From contig CM120644.1 in NCBI GenBank assembly GCA_051362555.1, positions 7,138,954 to 7,202,953 of the forward strand: DNA of 64,000 nt. Direction: 5' to 3'. Every line of letters starts with the position of its first letter. Position 1 is the first letter of the stretch. A program made the translations under genes and the position numbers. The notes beneath the pieces are model-generated. The model worked only from the letters and a program-made list of their open reading frames with translations. It was not told where the DNA came from and made no database searches. This DNA comes from Lingula anatina (lineage: Eukaryota > Animalia > Brachiopoda). Positions 26,539 through 51,353 of this stretch are shown one piece after another.

Positions 26539-26725
26539 GGCCGCATTCAGAAGAAGTTGATCCGCGGACTAACAGATCCGCGGATCAAGTATGGCAGACC
26601 CACTTAAATGTTTGCCGCATAATCCGGTAATAGACACTGAATAGTTTCCCCACGGAGAATACGTACGCGACAAGCATTCAAGTGGGTCGGCCATATCTGA
26701 TCAGAACATTGATCTGAATGCGACC
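26539..26725. mobile_element. MITE, highly self-complementary
   Basis: TIR GGCCGCATTCAGA ... TCTGAATGCGACC. Inner inverted pair ATGGCAGACCCACTT / AAGTGGGTCGGCCAT and hairpin TTGATCCGCGGA..TCCGCGGATCAA. Flanks are TTA and TCA. Confidence 0.7.
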
Positions 26726-27287
26726 TCACACCGACTACGATGGCGCTTACAATATTTTTTATCTTTATGTCAACTTGAATTTTTATCCATTTTGACACAA
26801 TTTGCAATCAAGATATCTAAAATATTTCTACATGTCGTTCAAATCTAATTACGTCTTGTTTGCACCATTGGCGTGATACCGCATTTCGAAAATAATTGCT
26901 TAATTTCTTTCTCTTTTTTAACAAAACTGTATCGTATCAAAATCTTTTTATGCTACTGTTGTAAAAAGAAATTTTATTATTGCATAAAAAGTACTTTTTC
27001 TGCATTCAAGCAGAGTGGAGAAGTCCAATATATTGAACATTAATAATATAGACTATTACGACGTACAGTAAGTAGACATAAACACGTGCACTCAACAGTC
27101 ACATGGATATCTTTTTCACACCATGTATGATGCCGACTGGTGATTTTTGAAAGCTTTGCCCAATAATGGGTAATGCAATTTCACTCGCTCTTTTTTCTCC
27201 CGAACAGATGAATAATTTATGTATATAGGCCTATCCTGCTGCTCGTAGAATACATAAATCCTATACCATATTTGGAGATTTTAAAAC

Positions 27288-28511
27288 TTAAGTTGGGTCT
27301 TTTTTCTCTTTCAGAAACTCTAGGTCGGTGGGCTGTCTACACCCTCTCAGTGAACCCGTTCCGTAGAACCACTTTAATAACTCGTCTTTTTTGTACCACT
27401 TTGGAGGAGTTCGACCGACCTCGTTTAGTTTGGCGCAAAAACCGCACCAATTCACGTCCGGTCCGTCCATAGTTCTCGTGCTCTTATAATGGTTCCGCCA
27501 TTCCAGGTAAGGAAGATAAAGTGTCTCGTTTCTGTCTAACATCAAGATGTAGTCAGCTAGCGCTTTCGGCGAGCGGAAATCGTCTGTGTTGATATGCCAG
27601 TCCGGTCGGAAACCGAGGCGCGTGTAGTTGCTGCCACTGCGGCTTATGAGTACGACATCCAAATTCACCATTCTGTAGAATTTTTCCGTTATGTAGTCCT
27701 CTGCTAAACTGTTCTCGAATGCGAGATAAAATTTGAAGGTTTTGTTTATGTAATCGAAACATTTTCCAGGGCAAGGCCTCCCACATTTCCCAATGATATC
27801 GACATCTACGTATTTCTGTAATTCTGCGACATATTCCTCTCGTCTGCTCATCGTTTTACAGTCGCTGGCCAACCAACCAATCAACTTAGTCTTTGATCTC
27901 GCGATTTCACGGAAATCTCGCCGTAGTGGGATGTCGCGTTTTACAATCCTCCCATAAGGCGTATAAACGTCTGAATCCACCCTGTGAGTAAATGTCCAGT
28001 TAAAACTACCAGGAAGCGTTCCTTTTACGTCAATGTGTGTATGGTAGCCTACCTGACACGGGGCTTCAAGAGTGTGAAAAACCCACACCTGGTGTGGGGA
28101 TTTTTTCATGGGGAGCTCACATCCATCTTCTTTCCTCCCTTGACATTGCTGGTTGAAATATTTTGTGGCCACATTGAATATTACCGCATCCGCTTCGTTG
28201 GTGAACGCTCTGTCTGTTAATATAAGGCAGTTGTTTATAGGGCAATCTTTAAAGATAGGCTTCCGTTTTACGTCATAGTAAAACACATAATCATTCCATA
28301 GTAAAATCCGTTTCGCGGCACGTGGCCGGCTTACGAAGGATGCCTTGTGTTTCCCGTCAGAAGCCCTCGTGACGGACATGTTACCCAGTTCAGACACTTG
28401 CCTGGGTCTGATATGTCTTATGCTGCTTGGACGCAATGTAAAAATCACACAGATACACCAAATGCATGACAAAAACAGAAAGCCAACCAAAACGTCTCTC
28501 CTTTTCAACAT
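27288..28511 (-). CDS. Alpha-1,3-fucosyltransferase (glycosyltransferase family 10), about 407 aa
   Basis: Type II membrane anchor VLVGFLFLSCIWCICVIF, then ILLWN, CPINNCLILTDR, ADAVIF, FNWTFTHRVDSDV, and the GT10 motif FKFYLAFENSLAEDYITEKF. The start is placed at MLKRR (28511), downstream of acceptor TTTCCTCTGCAG, not at the ORF-track start 28664. Confidence 0.93.
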   Translation of the reverse strand: MLKRRDVLVGFLFLSCIWCICVIFTLRPSSIRHIRPRQVSELGNMSVTRASDGKHKASFVSRPRAAKRILLWNDYVFYYDVKRKPIFKDCPINNCLILTDRAFTNEADAVIFNVATKYFNQQCQGRKEDGCELPMKKSPHQVWVFHTLEAPCQVGYHTHIDVKGTLPGSFNWTFTHRVDSDVYTPYGRIVKRDIPLRRDFREIARSKTKLIGWLASDCKTMSRREEYVAELQKYVDVDIIGKCGRPCPGKCFDYINKTFKFYLAFENSLAEDYITEKFYRMVNLDVVLISRSGSNYTRLGFRPDWHINTDDFRSPKALADYILMLDRNETLYLPYLEWRNHYKSTRTMDGPDVNWCGFCAKLNEVGRTPPKWYKKDELLKWFYGTGSLRGCRQPTDLEFLKEKKDPT

Positions 28512-29537
28512 CTTATTTGTGAAAGGCGTCGTTAACGTCCATGTCCCCTGCAGAGGAAATGTCGGATAGGTCGCACGGTGGAAGCGAGCCATATAAAGAC
28601 AGGCGATGTTAATGATTCCGGTATCAAAGTTGCAAACACAGTCGACTATATATGCAGATAGCATGTGCGAGATGAGCCCATATAATATGCCTCATGCATG
28701 AATTTTTTACACTGTAAGTGGCGTATATTCAAAACAGATGGAAATGCTACTAATGCGTGGTGTAGTCATCTTCACGATTTTACAGCACAAGGAGTGTCCG
28801 CTGTAATAGAAACTTCATTATGTAGGCCTACTGCAGGAAAGGTGTTGACTTCCAAATGCATTTGGAGCTAAACTTGTGCAGAGTAGAACACCGTAGCACA
28901 GCGTAGTATGCTACACTGCGGGATAGGATTTGGGGCGAATCTTCTTGTTCTTCCTGATGGCAATCGGGAAATTATTTTATTTTGATTTTTTAAAGTCCTG
29001 GATTGATCCTTGACCTCTGTGTACACGTACAGGAACGGTTTCCTTGAATATAGACTGTTCACACGAGTGGACAAAAGAGCTTCTTCAGATGCAAAGATGT
29101 AAAACAGTCGATTAAGCACGTACGATCACTCACTGTACATGTTTTCTACTTAATTAAAAAGACAGTAAATAGCGCCAGTGTAAGAAAAACAGACGTGAAA
29201 AGTATAAAAGCTGGCCTCAGGTCAAGCAGAGACGCACTGGTAGGCCTATATTTCTTCAAAATTATACGCTTTTAGACATAATATCTCTCAGTTATGTATT
29301 TTGAAAGTCAGTTTTAATTTGGTGTCAGTTTGACAGTAGGCCTAATTTTAAACAGAAATTATTTTTATTTGATAAATATCAGCAGAATCGTCTGCTCCTC
29401 TGAGACCCACCCATTTTGGCAGACGTACCTATTTCCTAGAACACCTGCGTTGTTGCAAGAGACCCTACTAATACTTTCCCTTACAATGTTACATGGACCG
29501 CTGACTTAAGCGAGTTTCATCAATATTTTTTTAATTA

Positions 29538-30624
29538 GGCCACACTTTTTTATTTTTATGGATGACATCCTGCGCGCGCACCGATTTTCGTCCGTTCTCC
29601 AAAAAAAAAAAAAAAAAAAAAAAAAATCCCCCCCCCCCCCCCCCCAAGGAAGTCGGTTGTCGCAAACGTCGTTATTGAATTTGCCGGAAAATGCAATCGG
29701 CAATCCTCGGCTAATTCCGCAAGCTCCATACTGTCATTGTCGACTGCGGAGACATCCGAGTAGTTCCGAGAGCGGAAAATGAGCTTTCTGCGCATGCGTA
29801 TTATCACCACGTGGAAATATGGCGGCTTTGCCGTCAAATTCATCTCTAGCATTAATTTCAAAATACACGACAATTAAAGTCATAAAGAGAACGGGGGCCG
29901 TCGTTTTGGATTGGTTTGCCATTGATGTTGGACATGAAGATATCACCCTTTTACAATTATACGAAAGGCTGGCCGCGCCCGGAAAATTTCGGTGACATTC
30001 TGTCCAAAGCAGCACATACCAGGTTTTTTTTGTAGCGAAAAAAGGGTCGACAAGAGCGTCGTGGTATTTGGTGGACTGAAGGTCGGACAGGCCGCCCGAT
30101 AGTTGGTTGCTACGTGTGAGTCAAAGTAGACAAAATGGCATCGACCGAAATTACTTTTTTAGCTTTGGTAGTAGGAAGCATAGGCCTATCTTTGCTTCAT
30201 TTTTTTAACAATTCTGTGAAGTGTTTACACTGCTTTAATTTTCTGAGAGTAGGCCTACAAATAAAGACACGCTGTTTATTTGATATTTGTATTATTGATT
30301 GCTATACCAACAGAATGCATGAAATAACCTTAAATAGATTTGGTAATATGCAGCATAGGCCCTATATATTCATGACTTTTTACCTTTCTACGAAGTAGGC
30401 CCTATTCACAATGCTTTAATATTTTGAGAGCATGGATAAAGACATGTTGTTAGTTTGATACGTGTTTCTGTGGTAATTTAGTGTTTCCAGCTGTGTACTG
30501 AAAACATAACATTTCTTAAGCATTTTTTTTTTTTTTTGGACCGTTTTTTTTTTTTTTTTCGCCCGCTCGCACCGACTTTGGGGTCCCCAGAGGATGTCAT
30601 CCATAAAATTAAAAATGTGTGGCC
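29538..30624. mobile_element. Non-autonomous DNA transposon (about 1.09 kb; PIF/Harbinger- or Zator-like)
   Basis: About 33-bp TIR GGCCACAC.TTTT.ATTTTATGGATGACATCCT at both ends, with a TTA duplication on both sides. Subterminal poly-A/T tracts are present. No transposase ORF. Confidence 0.8.
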
Positions 30625-32874
30625 TTATTTTAAAACCTAAGCTACTGCTGTAAATAATCAATTTCACGGTAGGCCTACCTATAGACCTGCTAGTAAGATC
30701 CCTTATGATGTTACATGGACTTCTGACTAGAGTGGGTTTCACACTGGCTTTTTTATATTTTAACACTCAAACTAACAATAGGCCTACTGCAATAAATAAT
30801 CGATTCCACAGCACAGCACTTAATAAATATTTCATCGAGGATGCTCTACGTCTACTTAATTTCGAAACAGCTCATTAAGTAACTGTGTGAAAACAACGGC
30901 AGCCTACATAATAACAATTATATTATAAATATAAAAAATGTAACAGTCATTATCATCCACAATCAAGTAAATAGATAGTGAATCAGAATATAGATAATGA
31001 GACAGATCTGGTAGGCTAAATATTGATAACGAAGCAAGAAAAGTTGCCCTTTTTCGGTCTATTTGCATGCAAAAATATTCAATCCGCGACATATTTAAGT
31101 CTCCTGTTGTTAAAGTGAGGAATGTCCGTAAAGAATAAATAAAATGATTTTTAGAACTAACCCAATCCATGAATACAGGGACATGCAGTATTTAAGGTCT
31201 GTCAGTATTTTTCCAATGTGCAAAAATTAATTCGGTCGACTGTGCCGATTGTTCCTCCTTACTGCTCGTCCTTGGGTCATGTTGAGTATACTGAACGGTT
31301 TCAGAATACAGACCCTTTTTATCTCTCTTTTTTTTTTTTTAAATCTGAAATCTGAAAAGCTTAGGCCTATTTCTCTACCTCAGAGGATGGAAGGTCTGAA
31401 AATATACAAAACATGTGGTAGGCTGAGCTTTAAAAACAACAACAACAACAAAAACAAAATCCACGTGGGTCAATACTACATGACTGTTTATTACATTTTC
31501 AAAAAGCACGTACATACATCTTAGTTGTACTTCTAGTAGGTGATATACAACATAATGTATTAGCATTTTTGATACAGATTTTGATCACGTTTATATCCCC
31601 AACAGGTACTTGTTACTGCACGACGTGTCATAAAGCGGCATGGCATAAAATATTGCTGACTCACCTATTGTCGCTAAAGGTGAGTTGTGTACTAAGTAGC
31701 ATACAGTGTACATTTATTCTGACTAATTTGTGATTTACTATTACATTTACAAAAATCTGTTTATGAATATATAAATGACTGGACCTAAATTTTACTTCAA
31801 TGCACATACTGAAGAATCATAAGTTTCAAAGCCATCTGAAATTTTAATTAGATCTATTCTATTTTTAATTTTTCTTGAGAAGAACCATTATTTCTTAAGA
31901 TCATACAATTGACACTAAGTTGCATTATCATACTTTTATCCTACCACAAAAATACCAGTTTTTACAACGACAATGCTCAACATGTAGCCAAAATCACATT
32001 TGTGAATCTTTCTCTTACATCTGCCCATACAAAATGAATGAATAACTATAAAGTTTAAAGGAGTAAAAAAAAATGAGGAAAAATATTATATCTTTAAAAA
32101 GAAGTTTTCCAACATAACTGTTGTATCTTACAAGAAGAGATTAATGCAAAACATTCTATTATTTTCAGCTTTTGAGACCAAAGCACCGATAATAAATAAT
32201 TGCCTTTCATTTTCTGGCAACCTGTCACACAGATGAAAATTACGTACTTCTATACAAACAATGGTCTTTAATTAATAAAATGCTATTTAAAAGATTTATC
32301 TGAATTTTTTCAATAAAAAACATTGTTCCGTGAAACAGTACAATCTATAAATATTTACAACCAGTGAAGGGGCTTATTTACACTTTAAAACAATTTAACT
32401 AATAAAACGAATGACCTTTTTACTGCAAACTCTGGACTGCAGCCTGTCTTGATTATGAGCTTTGGATTGGTGCCACAGGAGAGACCTCTAGCTGCATTGT
32501 GACAAATCAATGAACTACTTGGAGTTTCTTTAAATCATTTCTGTCCCTTACAAACAGAAGGCATCACTAGTATAATTAAAACAAGATTTATGTTAAGAAG
32601 AATCTAAATTGACATCTTAACATTTCTGAAAAAAAAAAAAAAGCAATCTATTCTAAAATATGTTAATAAAATATTGTTAAGTTATAAATATATCTATTTA
32701 CTTTAATTTGCACTTGTGACTTTAAAACTTTTACAACCACATTTGAACAAAACTCAATGCTTCAGCTTGGTAGTACAATAGTGAATTACAGTGAACCGTG
32801 AAAGATATACAGCAAAGTTCTGGGTGTTTAAAAAAAAATAAAAAAAAATAATAATAAATAATAACAGCATACCA

Positions 32875-33008
32875 CCCCTAGCAAAATTAAAAGCTTGCAG
32901 CAGCTAGCTTGCTGGCGTTTGCAAGAAAAATTTTATTGCTGCTAATTTGCAGGCATATCGCAGTAAATTTGCTGCAAATCTGCATCGGGCCTGATATTTC
33001 GCTAAGGG
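32875..33008. mobile_element. Small CCC...GGG MITE (CACTA/EnSpm-like), in the presumed ZMYND11 3' UTR
   Basis: Imperfect TIR CCCCTAGCAAAAT ... ATTTCGCTAAGGG with CA on both flanks. Internal TTGCAG/CTGCAA subrepeats. Confidence 0.6.
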
Positions 33009-33546
33009 CAGTTTCACAAAGAACTTTATGTGTCACCCTCAATGCACCTGGTCTTACAACCAAGCCCTATGGACAATTTTTTTTTTTACTGACCACAAAT
33101 TTTACTCACCATGGTAAACAGAGTCTGGATGCAATGTGAAATGCCCAAAAGACAGTACATCACATTTCTACACAAGTTCTGCAAGGCGCAGGAAAAACTT
33201 AAATGCCATAAAATATAACATACATGAATTATTTTTTTTCAAAAACACTTGTGTACTGAATGCAGTCTTAATGGTTTTGTATTATTATATAGAAAAAAAT
33301 ATGCCCTAATTTTAAAGAAATACAGCCTTAGCAAAAAGGCATAAATAATAATAATAAAGCATGAATCACTTTAATTATCTTCAAACCAAATTGATGTCTT
33401 ATTTTAATTATCTCACATTAGAATAAAGATTTACAATTAAGGACACTTCCATTCATATTATAATTAACAGTTACCACAATTTTTACCTGGAGGCATATTT
33501 CTTTTCAGAAATACATTTCCTGAAAATTTTTCACTTAAGATTTAAA

Positions 33547-33548
<2 letters not shown>

Positions 33549-33592
<44 letters not shown>
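33549..33592. repeat. (AT)n microsatellite
   Basis: Directly visible. Confidence 0.95.
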
Positions 33593-33594
<2 letters not shown>

Positions 33595-35051
33595 TTGTTC
33601 ATTTGTTACATGGTCTTACCCATTGAATGACTGTGAAGGGAAGAAAACTTAAAGTTTCTTTTACAGATATCTTGTCTCGTTACCCAAATAATGATTTTAA
33701 AATCAAATGAGACTCAAGTAAAAAGTTCATAAAATCAAGCCTTAACATGTCAGTAAACTTAAAATTATAAAAACCACGGACCTGCTGTAAAAAGTTTTCC
33801 TAAAACAATTAAAAGGCCATTAAAATTATCCATTTGCCTAAAAACTTCTTCATAAGCAGCAAGCTAAATGAATGCTATGGCCCTGGACTGACAGAGCACT
33901 GGCCATTAGGACAAGTAACCTAAAATGCATGACGCGACTCCATAACATGACAGGTGATGTCATGGCATGTCATGTGTCATCTTGAAATGTGCCCTTGTAA
34001 AGTCACATGAGCATAAAACTACAAAATACATGACCAGTTGAAATAAGGATCGACTTAACACCAGCAACGATAACACCACAAGATAATCGGCCAGATTGGT
34101 TAATATGGGATATACAGCAGTCAGATACGTCCTTGTAATCTGGTCATCAGATGACATCAACTGGTCTCTGATTATAGTCTAGGAAAATCCTGATGTGAAT
34201 GCAGCCAACAGTGCATTCAGTTTCCCAGTCACTGCATGTTGTAATGCATCCCATACCGGGACAATGATGTCACATGGTGTATCAGCTATACAGTTCAGGT
34301 TTTGCCTCCATAGAACATAGATTACACAGTGACCTACATCATTGGGTAGAGAGGAACCAGGTCCAAGTTGGGGCTAATTCAGTGCCTGCTGACCCAGAAC
34401 GTGTATCACCAAATACCATGGTCAGGCATGAAGCTCAAATATATTTATGTATATACAGAAGCCTATATCTGGGCATCTAAAAATTCTAAAAAATATACAG
34501 ATGTGTGTATGTGTGTTTGTATGTGACACATATATATGCCAATATGGTTGCAAACAGGGTCCTCCAGACCTATATAAATATATATACTGCAGTTTCACTT
34601 AGAGGGTTTTTGTGTGGGTGTAGTGCATATAAACTGATTTACTTTCCAGTATACCACATCTCCTAGTATCCACTTTCTTAGAGGCCAAAATCTGACCTAC
34701 TCATGACAGCATCTGTTATCTGCCTGGAACTTTGACTCAGTTCTATCAGTATCTCAGGAGCAGGGCCTGCTATAAAAGCTGACTGTCTCCAAAAGTCCGG
34801 CAAGAGATCAAAACATGTCTTCCACATTTCAAAACTGTTCTCCAGTAATTCTGTCCATCTTCCAGCAGACCTGTTAAACTGTCAGAACCTCCTCACTGAA
34901 CCTACTACACATGTACAAACCATATATTTATTATATATACTAAAGAGAGAGAAGACACACTACAATATGTATCCCAGACGGCTATATTAACAAGGTTATA
35001 TAACCTGCCCCATTTTGAAGGAATATACATGTATATACTGTGCTCTCATCT

Positions 35052-46117
<11,066 letters not shown>

Positions 46118-46194
46118 GGTGGCGGACAGCTGGAATATATAACAGAGAGATATCACGAGAGATTCTGGATGTGCTAGGCATATAGTCTAATTTT

Positions 46195-46590
46195 GCTGGA
46201 TTTGACAGCTGAATGTGTCAGGTGTGATAGATGATTACATAACTTATCAGCTGGCTATATTTATAATAAAATACTATCACATCCAGTGTTGTAGCAAATA
46301 AAGTTGGGTGTGACAAATGACCGTGTTGGATGTGACAGCTTATTGTGTCAAGTGTGATTGCTGAAATTACTAATTAGTTAACAAAATTAGAGTTGAGGGG
46401 CTATCATTTTGAGTTCTTGATTGTGTTAGGTATGCCAAATGACTGTGTTGGGTGTGAAAGGTAATTGTGTTACGTGAGATAGCTGATTATACCACATGCA
46501 AGTTGACTAGAAGGACTGGAAGTGAGATACTATCATGTTCTTTGTGGCAGCATATTGTGTTAATTTAGGTGTGACAATGGCTGTGTCAAG
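46195..46590. repeat. Degenerate GT-rich tandem repeat (GTGTGACAG.T.ATTGTGT-like)
   Basis: Recurring GTGTGA/TTGTGT units. Related arrays are at 56105-56320 (opposite strand) and 58720-59030. Confidence 0.6.
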
Positions 46591-49500
46591 ATAAAACCGC
46601 ATTATTCACTGAAATGTTTTTTTTTTTATTGGGGGGGGGGGGGGGGGAGGAATCACTGCGTTGAAGGTGAAAGCCTTTTGCCAATGGCATGAACAGCATG
46701 GTTTTGACATCTGCTTCAGATAAAATGGGTTATCATCTCCACACTATCTCCTGTGACATATGTATATATCAATCATGTAAACATATCTTATCAAACTCCT
46801 TTTTTTTTAATGATTGCCCTGTATGTTTTGATACAAAAGGCACCAAACTGTCTGAAAAGTTTTTATACTGAGATCATGACCCATTTTAACATGATGATAG
46901 TTGTGTTGTGCAAACTGCCTTGCTTACCACAATGTGTGACCTTATTTTAGATCAATTTCAGGATGTGCTGAGACTAATAATATTGTGCTTGTTATCATCC
47001 ATGCATCTTCAAGAATACAGATACTTTAGTCAATAGCAATGTGAAATAGAAGGCAGAAGTTCTAAAATGTACCCACCCTAATATTTTATCAGTATATCTG
47101 CCAGATTTTCCAAGGAAAATAAATAAATAAATAAATAAATATTATAAATAAATAAATAAATAAATACAGATTAATATAAAAAACATTTCTTTTCTCACGA
47201 GAAGATAAAAAGGGGGCATGAATTTCTATGTTTCAACTTTCAAGGCATACTCATAATTGTATTCACTTAAAATGCAAGATCAAATTGGCAATGTTCACTA
47301 GACAACTACACTACACTGGATTGGAATGCCCATAGCAGCCTATTGCAGCTTTGATGTTAAATCTAGTGTGCAGCACTTTAGCTGCCTGATTCTGTGGAAT
47401 ACTAGTGATATTTACTTAGTTAAATAATATAAAGTTCAGGTCTGCTGCAGTATATGCAGATATTCATGACCTTCAGAAAATCAGGTTTAAACCTCAGATA
47501 TATATATATATATATATATATATACTAAAACTGTCAATGCAAAAAAAAAAAAAAAAAAAAAAACACATTTTAGCTATTATTATTTTTTACCATTACCATT
47601 CTAGGCAATACATTATTTTAAAGCTTAAAAGCAAATAGACAATAAGCAAATAAGTACTAGTGCTTGCCATTATAGTATGTAATTCAATTTTTATCTATTC
47701 TTGGTACCAAAACAGGCCTACATCTGCAACATCAATGTATTGAAACTGAAAGCAAGGGAAAGAAAAGAACAATCTGGCATGAAAATGAACATCCGACAGA
47801 CACTGAGGATCACATTACAACTCTACAATACCTCAAATGCACAGAGCATAAATCAAATGTATGCTGTGAAACCTGCATGATGAAAAAAGATCAAAGAACG
47901 AACATAACATAGCTGTTCCACAAAATAAATTTAACAAGTAATTATTCTCACCTATTATACCACACAATTACATAGTTTGGTTGACAGCATAATCAATATT
48001 TTCATCACCAAATTACCATGTGTGCTAAATGGGAATTGTGGGTTCAAATATAACTGTAATTTTGTCAGCAGAACCAGAGCTGAACGTTCTGCATACAATT
48101 TACAAAGTAGACAACCTTATGCAGTCCTTGTATAATATCCATGCAAGTTATTATCATATTCTTCTGGGTCTCCAGATGAAGGTTGATAAAGAACCACTTG
48201 AACTGATAAACTCAAAATTATCTCAACTTAATTATAGCCTCCTCAGCCTTGCCAACGAAGGTATGGCATGTTTCAACACAATGCGGTTTCTGCCAGTTTC
48301 AGTTCCTATGTCATACATAGAAGGGTATAGCACACACAAAGCCCTTGATATCATTCACGAGAAAAGGACAATTTTAAAATGAAAATGAATTTAGTGTTAG
48401 AAGGCTGACTATAAGCAATCTGCACAAAAGTTTCAACAGCACAGAACTTCATGCTAGAACAACTGTTACATTAGAACTTTTTCTAAATTACTAGTATTCA
48501 GTTTTATGGAAATCACAAGACTCAGAAATGTCTTTAAAAAAATATAAAACAAGAAAATATAATTCATTAAAAATGTGCCTCATTAATCAATAAAGCTGTG
48601 CCCCTGGCAGCAAGAATTGTCCCATAAAATTTATACTAATACGTACAGTACCTTTTTTTTTTTTTTTTTTTTTTTTTTATCTCTTTCTGATCAAGTTATA
48701 TATACCTTAGAGAAAATGACTTCATCTTGGAATATTTTGTTGGCATTTGTTATGGTTTCCATGCTCACGTGTATGAGTTTAGGAACTTTCCATGTGAAAA
48801 TGCAGCTGAGTTGACACTCGGAAAATTTAAAGTTCTCATTAAATTAGAAACTGACCATGTGGTATGCACAATATTTTAAACAATTAATAAAATTTATCAG
48901 ATAAAAAGAGCCATAAAACACTAAATGTCTCTCTTTTCTCACTGAAATTACAGACTTCTACAGAAAAATCAAGCTTAATCTTGAATGCTATGAACTATAA
49001 ACAAGCCGTTATTAATTTTCCATTATAGTGTGACCACATAAAGAACAAATAGTAATCCACAAAAAGCACACAAATGTTTACTGAACTTATAACAGTCTGC
49101 AGAATGCAAGTCTGTTTTCATGGAAAGTAGTTCTAGGAAATAAGCTATGAGCCTAAACGTATTTAGTAATACTATATTCCAACTTGTTCTACCCTAGGTT
49201 CTAGATTCCGGTATTGCCAACTCGATCTTGATTTCATATATAACCCATATCAACAATACCAGCTCTAGTGAACAGCGGCCATGTTACACTTCCGTCAATC
49301 AAATAGAACTGCTCCGCAGTGAATCTGCAGTTGAATGTCATCAGACCAAAATGAAACGTAAAACAGATTTAATTCTGCTTTATTTAATTTTATTTGCTGT
49401 ATTTAAGATGTAAAGTGAAAAAATAAATAATATTCTTCGAACAGAAAAGATATATCCAATGTTTTTGTATTTTTTGCTTATCAAAGAACACTTAGTCCTG

Positions 49501-50219
49501 AGGTGTACACGTGCACAATACACGTGCTTGCCGTGTGCCAAATTTGACAGCTACACTGTATGCCCGATACCACTATAAGGGCTGCGCAATGGCTACACCA
49601 AAATAAGTTTTTAAAGCAGAATGTTGCTTCTATTGTGGCACTGACCTTCGACTGCAAGATATTTTTCAATTCAAAATTCGTCAGGCACTTTGCTTCTTGT
49701 CTTGTCTGCACCAGATAACTTCAGCGCGATGCGGGAAAGGCAGCTCCAGGCGGCCAAACCTGTGACGTACGAGACTTACGACTTCCAAATATGGATCCGG
49801 GCGGACACAGCTGTGACGTGTGACTTCCAAATATGGAAGCACCCCAGGCAAAATTTTGAAGAAGAACGCCCTCAGATTGTCGCTGTTCGTCAGAGCTAGT
49901 AAAAGCGACTCCATCACAAGGTATATTTAAGCTAGTTAGCTTTTACGTTGCTCTGACACTCAGGGTAACTTGTTCCTTCACACATTTGATTTATAATTAT
50001 TTTATTATCATTGTTACTGTTGCAATTGTTGACCTTAATTACTTACAAGTTGTTAATCTTATTTAAGATCTTTTTTCTTTCAGATTCTTCTCAAGATCTT
50101 CCATTTGTGTAGTACATGTACAGTGTTCATTACTACAAGCATGACAAGTCACAGATCATTGAACTGCCACAGGGGGCAAAAAGACAAGGTGCATACATAC
50201 AGGTTATGAATATGTCATT

Positions 50220-50415
50220 GGCTCTATTCCCATAGATTTTAGACCGATCTATCCCCGCGGGGAGTCTCACTAGATTACTTTCAGATAATCCGACTTAAAT
50301 GTCCGTCCCGCCTACTACAAGCTGTAAGGGGGTAATTAACTTTCGTGTCCGCCCGGCTGACAGCTATTTAGCGTGAACCCCAAGGGAGTTAGGTCGATCT
50401 AATCTATGGAAATTG
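50220..50415. mobile_element. MITE, inverted copy of 39399-39608
   Basis: GGGGAGTCTCACTAGATT, AAGCTGTAAGGGGGTAATTAACT and GCTGACAGC.ATTTAGCGTGAACC are reverse complements of copy 1. Confidence 0.85.
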
Positions 50416-51353
50416 GGTGATTGAGTCACTTCACAATTTTTCCTTCTTCCAGTTACTTCGCTATTAAAAAAGCAAAAACTCACGCTAGACTGAGTCAGCC
50501 TTGAATATAATTTCACTCCATGTGTCACCTGTTTTTATAAATGTGGCAATATATCACTGTTAAAGCATGGATGCCAAGGCCACTCTGTTAGGTTCCTTTC
50601 TTGTGATTGAAGTATGTTGTTAATGTACAGTAGGTTAATGTGTTGCTAATCATTGGCAGCATCCATGACCCAGTTTTTAGAGCCATGGAGGCTGGGGTTA
50701 TTAAAATATACACCATGTGTTGCTATCTACCCTTTAAATGCTACTGAACATGACCTCATTGGGAACTGTTGACATGCAGGTACCTTACTTCATGTGAGAT
50801 GCATGAGACTTAGATTGAAAATGCATGCATTGTATACTTTACCATGCAATTGTATGGAAACTCTCACCAAGAAGAGTCTGAGGTTGTCCCTAAATGAAAG
50901 TGGCTAACAAGTGACAGACATAAGAAAACCACCAAAGAGGCAGGAGTCAGCCCATTTGTTAATGGCATTATTCATATTTAAACCAAATCAGCTTTACAAC
51001 TAAACTGTACACAGGGGACAACTGAATAGTAATATAATATTTAAAACGGATCCCTATCTACATGTATACATTTATTTAACAAATATTAACAGACCTGGCC
51101 CATGCGAAAGCATAAATATGGACAGTACACATGTGATACTTTGATATTGCCTCTACCATTCTGGTTGTAACATTATAATTCACCTCTAATACCTGGGCAA
51201 GCCACTGGCTTAACAGTGCAAGTTCAAACTTCAATGAAATTGTTAAATGCCGACAGGAGATCCAGTCAAAATAGACAAATCTACGAAGAACTTTGGTAAT
51301 AATTTAGAATTATTTTATTCTATAGAGATTTGTACATAATATTTTCAACTCAC

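Noticed and set aside
28512-28664. N-terminal extension of the FucT ORF given in the ORF track
   Set aside because: It runs through a pyrimidine tract and acceptor (TTTCCTCTGCAG). The type II topology fits a start at MLKRR.
31659-31686. Back-to-back donor-like sites ACTCACCT...AGGTGAGT
   Set aside because: Better explained as a short hairpin remnant of a Helentron-like terminus, with no exon support.
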